Assembly: GCA_963742735.1 (NCBI GenBank)
Contig: CAVUMN010000003.1
Location: 608,001 to 672,000 of the forward strand
Origin: an uncultured Actinomycetes bacterium
Lineage (GTDB): Bacteria; Actinomycetota; UBA4738; JBBDTT01
Length of the DNA stretch: 64,000 nucleotides
Direction: 5' to 3'
Each line of letters starts with the position of its first letter. Within the stretch, counting starts at the first letter, position 1. Positions 60,696-64,000 of this stretch are shown one piece after another. The position numbers and the translations under genes were made by a program. Below the pieces are notes generated by a model. The model made no database searches and was not told the origin of the DNA. It worked only from the letters and a program-made list of their open reading frames with translations.

Positions 60696-60714
60696 GGACG
60701 CGGCAACTCTGGGC

Positions 60715-61644
60715 CTACGCGGCCAGCGGCTGCCAGTCCGGACGCCAGTCCGGCCCGTTCTGGACGGTGACCTGGGTGAGCGCCGTGCCGTCGGGGTTCA
60801 TCGTCCAGATCTCCTCGTTGCCCGTCCGCGCCGAGCAGAACGCGATCCGGGTACCGTCCGGGGCCCACGCGGGCTCCTCGTCGACCCCCGTCGCGCTGGC
60901 GGTGAGCTGCACGGTGCCGGTGCCGTCCGCATTCATCACGTAGACCTCGGTGGTGCCGGTGCGCTTGCTGTCCCAGGCGATCCTGGTGCCGTCGGGAGAC
61001 CAGGCGGGGTGACGATCCTGCCCGGGGGCGAACGTGAGCCGCGTCTGCGCGGTGCCGTTGGCGTTCATGACGTAGATCTCCTGGTCGCCCCCGCTCCGCT
61101 TGCTCATGAAGGCGATCTTCGTGCCACCGGGAGACCAGTTGGGCTGCTCGTCCGCCTTGCTGGAGGTGGTGAGGCGTTTCAGGTTCGAGCCGTCCGCGCT
61201 CATCACGTAGATGTCGTTGGCCCCCGTTCGCGAGGAGAAGAAGGCGATCCTCCCGCCGCCCGGGGACCAGACCGGCCGACCGTCCTGGCCGGGATGGTTC
61301 GTGAGGTTCGTCTGACCGGTGCCGTCCGCGTTCATCACGTAGACCTCGGGGTTTCCGTCGCGCCGGCTCACGAAGGCGATCTTGGTGCCGTCCGGCGACC
61401 ACACGGGAGTGAAGTCGGGAGCGGTGTTGACCGTCAGGTTCTTCTGGCCGGTGCCGTTGGCGCCGATCACCACGATCTCGCCCTTGTTCTCGACCCCCTT
61501 GGAGAACGCGATGAGGCCGTTGACGCCGGGATAGCTGGCGCGGGCTTCGGGGAAAGGTGTCCACGGCGCTATGGCGAAGACGACCAGCGCCAGGAGAAGC
61601 GTGCACGACGCGGCGAACGACCGGGGGGCGCGGTGTGGGCTCAC
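60715..61644 (-). CDS. Secreted TolB-like PD40 beta-propeller protein
   Basis: Five WSPDG/WSPGG-type..IAF..YVMNADGT repeats; signal peptide; start uncertain. Confidence 0.88.
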   Translation of the reverse strand: MSPHRAPRSFAASCTLLLALVVFAIAPWTPFPEARASYPGVNGLIAFSKGVENKGEIVVIGANGTGQKNLTVNTAPDFTPVWSPDGTKIAFVSRRDGNPEVYVMNADGTGQTNLTNHPGQDGRPVWSPGGGRIAFFSSRTGANDIYVMSADGSNLKRLTTSSKADEQPNWSPGGTKIAFMSKRSGGDQEIYVMNANGTAQTRLTFAPGQDRHPAWSPDGTRIAWDSKRTGTTEVYVMNADGTGTVQLTASATGVDEEPAWAPDGTRIAFCSARTGNEEIWTMNPDGTALTQVTVQNGPDWRPDWQPLAA

Positions 61645-61767
61645 GACGGGGAATCCTAGCCCGAGAAGGGTCAAAACGTACACGGCGGTCGGCTACGCTC
61701 CCGGAGCGACCGCGAGATCGGGGCGTTGGGTTTCGCATCGGATTGGTCGTGAGAAACTGAGGGCATC

Positions 61768-62508
61768 GTGAGCACAGTGCGCAGACATAGGAAACCGACC
61801 GGTTTCACGCTCGCGTCGGCCCCCGGGAAACACCGGAGGCGCTCACGGGCGGGAGGCGGACGGCACCGCCGGCGGCGATCGGGCTTCCAGGGCCCGCTCG
61901 TCATGTCGGCGGTCTCCCTCGCGCTGCTGAGCACGCCGGCTCCCGCCACGCCGGAGTTTCCGGCCCCGGCCCGCGCGCTGCCGCCGGCCAGTGCTCAGCC
62001 GGCCAGTCCCGTCGTGGCGACGTTCGACGAGCTCGTCCTGTACGGCCGCCCGGAGCGCCTGGTCGTTCCGGCGCTCGGGATCGACGACGACCTGATCGAC
62101 CTGGGGCTGAACCCCGACCGCACGCTCGAAGTGCCCATCGACGCGGGGCAGGCCGGCTGGTACAAGCACAGCGTGGTGCCCGGGCGCACCGGGCCCGCGA
62201 TCATCGCCGGCCACGTGAGCTCGGCCTCCGGTCCGGGCATCTTCTACTCCCTGCATCTGCTGCAGAAGGGGGACGAGATCCTCGTACAAGGGAGGGGGGG
62301 CAGCGTCGCCCGGTTCGCGATCACCAAGGTCGAGCGCTACCCGAAGGACGACTTCCCCACGCAGATGGTGTACGGGAACCTCAAGTTTCCCGGCATCCGG
62401 TTGATCACCTGCGGAGGAGCGTTCAATTCGGACACAGGGCACTTTTTAGACAATGTGATCGTCTTTGGACGATTGGTCTTCCAGCGGCTCGCGGAAGGGC
62501 CGAATTGA
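61768..62508 (+). CDS. Class F sortase
   Basis: PERLVVPALGI, AGWY, PG..GPAIIAGHV, LITCGG-x-F, DNVIVF. Confidence 0.92.
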   Translation: MSTVRRHRKPTGFTLASAPGKHRRRSRAGGGRHRRRRSGFQGPLVMSAVSLALLSTPAPATPEFPAPARALPPASAQPASPVVATFDELVLYGRPERLVVPALGIDDDLIDLGLNPDRTLEVPIDAGQAGWYKHSVVPGRTGPAIIAGHVSSASGPGIFYSLHLLQKGDEILVQGRGGSVARFAITKVERYPKDDFPTQMVYGNLKFPGIRLITCGGAFNSDTGHFLDNVIVFGRLVFQRLAEGPN

Positions 62509-62705
62509 CACGGAGGCCAACAGGACTTTCCTCGGCCGGGACGAGTAGGTATGATCCCGCGATGAGCGTGGTCCTCTTGACCGAGGGAGGTAACTGCCTG
62601 AACGAGCCCGAACGGATACGGATCCGTAGCTTGGAGATCCGGGTCCCCGGACTCGCAGGCGGATCAAGGGGAAGAAGCGTTGAGCACGACTAGAGAGGAG
62701 ATCGG

Positions 62706-63260
62706 ATGAGTCAGCCCAAGGGGCGCGGACGGGCGAGCATCGTCGCCGTGTTCACGATCCTCGCGATCGGGACCCTGTTTGCGATGCCCGCGTACGCGTC
62801 GATCGAAGGGTCGGTCGCGGACAACGAGTGCACCGTGACGATCACGTTTGACGACGAGGGCGCTGCCGGCGACCAGGCCGGCGTCCGCGCTGAGGCGATC
62901 CCGCCGACGGACGAGGGCGTCATCTTCGAGGACACGTTCTTCCTCGACGACGATGGCGACGCCGAGATCACGTTCGACCTGCAGTTCACCGGTCCGCCGG
63001 CGAACAACGGGTGGCACGTGAAGGTCGACGCGATCACCGAGCAGGGCGGCGAGGTCCAGGTTCTGAACCCGTTCTTCGCCGAGGATTGCCCCGACCCGGT
63101 CGTGGAGCCCCCGCCGACGACGCCGCCGGTGGTCGTTCCGACGGGTGGAGTGGACACCGGCGCGGCCAGTGGCCCCGGGACCGCCATGGTCCTTCCGGTC
63201 ATCGGCCTCGTGCTGGTGGTCGGCTCGGCGCTGTGGATGCGGCGCAGGTCCATCGGCTGA
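62706..63260 (+). CDS. Secreted acidic protein with C-terminal sorting signal (putative sortase F substrate 1)
   Basis: Signal peptide (AYA), Pro-rich linker, VPTGGVDTG, TM, RRR tail; GAGGAG SD. Confidence 0.8.
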   Translation: MSQPKGRGRASIVAVFTILAIGTLFAMPAYASIEGSVADNECTVTITFDDEGAAGDQAGVRAEAIPPTDEGVIFEDTFFLDDDGDAEITFDLQFTGPPANNGWHVKVDAITEQGGEVQVLNPFFAEDCPDPVVEPPPTTPPVVVPTGGVDTGAASGPGTAMVLPVIGLVLVVGSALWMRRRSIG

Positions 63261-63282
63261 TCTGAAGCACCCGAACCACCAA

Positions 63283-63320
63283 GAGGCGGGCCCCCGATTC
63301 GGGGGGCCCGCCTCCTTTTT
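63283..63320 (+). terminator. Rho-independent terminator
   Basis: GAGGCGGGCCCCC/GGGGGCCCGCCTC then TTTTT. Confidence 0.8.
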
Positions 63321-63428
63321 CTTGCGTGGGCTTCGCGGCCGCGCGCAGCAGGCCCCTGCTGCCCCGCGTGTAGAACCCGCCTACAGGGGTACAGGTCGTG
63401 TGAAACGACGCAAGCAAGGAGGCTCGCG

Positions 63429-64000
63429 ATGAGGCACCGCACTGCTCGGACCCACACCCTCCGAGGCCTCATGGGCATGCTCCTCGGGACCGTGCTCGTG
63501 ATCGCCTTCGTCTCTCCGGCGGCCGCCGCGCCGGGCAAGTTGAAGGTCCAGGGCCCCACGACCCTCGACCTCCTGCCGGCGAACGCCCCACACCAGGGTT
63601 GCAACTTCATCGTCTCGCTCGCGAAATTCAAGGACAGCGGCTTCGCGTCGGTGACCATCACGGCGCACCCCCCGACCGCGGGCGGCGTGGTCGGTCAGAC
63701 GGGGGCAACGCTGGGCAGTGACGGCGCCGCCACGATCCCCGTGTCCCTGAACTTCGGCGGCATCGCGCCGCACCCCAATCAGGGCTTCCACGTGAAGATC
63801 GACGCGACGGCTGGCGGAAAGACCAAGCACAAGGTTGTCTGGGTGCAGGAGTGCGCCGCGCCGGCGCCCCCGCCGCCTGGTCCGCCTGGTACGAACCCGC
63901 CCGGGCCCACCGTGATCCCGCCTTCGGGTGGGGTCCAGGCCGGACCGACGAGTGGCACCGCCCCGAGCTCGCTGCCTCCGCTGATCGGGCTGGTTCTGCT
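63429..64000 (+). CDS. Putative sortase F substrate 2, paralog of 62706-63260 (runs off the window; not in the ORF track)
   Basis: Manual translation MRHRTARTH..PAAAA..PHQGC..HPPT..HPNQGFHVKIDA..KHKVVWVQEC..PPSGGVQAG..LPPLIGLVL; AAGGAGG SD. Confidence 0.8.
   Translation, partial: MRHRTARTHTLRGLMGMLLGTVLVIAFVSPAAAAPGKLKVQGPTTLDLLPANAPHQGCNFIVSLAKFKDSGFASVTITAHPPTAGGVVGQTGATLGSDGAATIPVSLNFGGIAPHPNQGFHVKIDATAGGKTKHKVVWVQECAAPAPPPPGPPGTNPPGPTVIPPSGGVQAGPTSGTAPSSLPPLIGLVL

Noticed and set aside
60715-61644. Regular DNA repeats (e.g. TTCATCACGTAGA) as a CRISPR array
   Set aside because: They are in-frame PD40 protein repeats; no cas genes or spacer structure

Overview
High-GC chromosomal window from an actinobacterium, probably a deep-branching Actinomycetota lineage (inferred from gene order, LexA/PafBC-type promoters, class F sortase, and RNase Y plus a DapL-like aminotransferase). 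The backbone is conserved housekeeping order: infB-DUF503-rbfA-nrnA-truB...ribF...rpsO-pnp-M16 peptidase-dapB...dapA-rnj-ftsK...rodZ-pgsA-cinA-thpR...recA-recX...rny-miaB-miaA-dapF-dapL-hflX-lexA/lysM...nrdR-nrdJ-dut-tRNA Gly...tRNA Cys/Val. Accessory genes are interspersed: two paralogous secreted BNR beta-propeller proteins, an orphan sensor kinase, a lysyl-oxidase-like protein, a class A PBP, a Cys-rich LuxR/SRPBCC/cupin unit, and a class F sortase locus with two paralogous substrates. About 39,980-47,030 carries many single-base insertions in six housekeeping genes, most likely consensus sequencing error. No transposase, integrase, prophage or CRISPR array was seen. Best leads: (i) the sortase F cassette with a P-[TS]-G-G-V-x-[TA]-G candidate sorting signal, an acidic/basic paralog pair and a structured leader; (ii) a long structured leader upstream of rny; (iii) an 11-bp-phased array of DnaA-like boxes abutting NrdR boxes at nrdJ; (iv) a possible MiaB-MiaA fusion; (v) dual LexA plus PafBC-type recA promoters. 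All calls come from reading motifs by eye; no database search or folding program was run.
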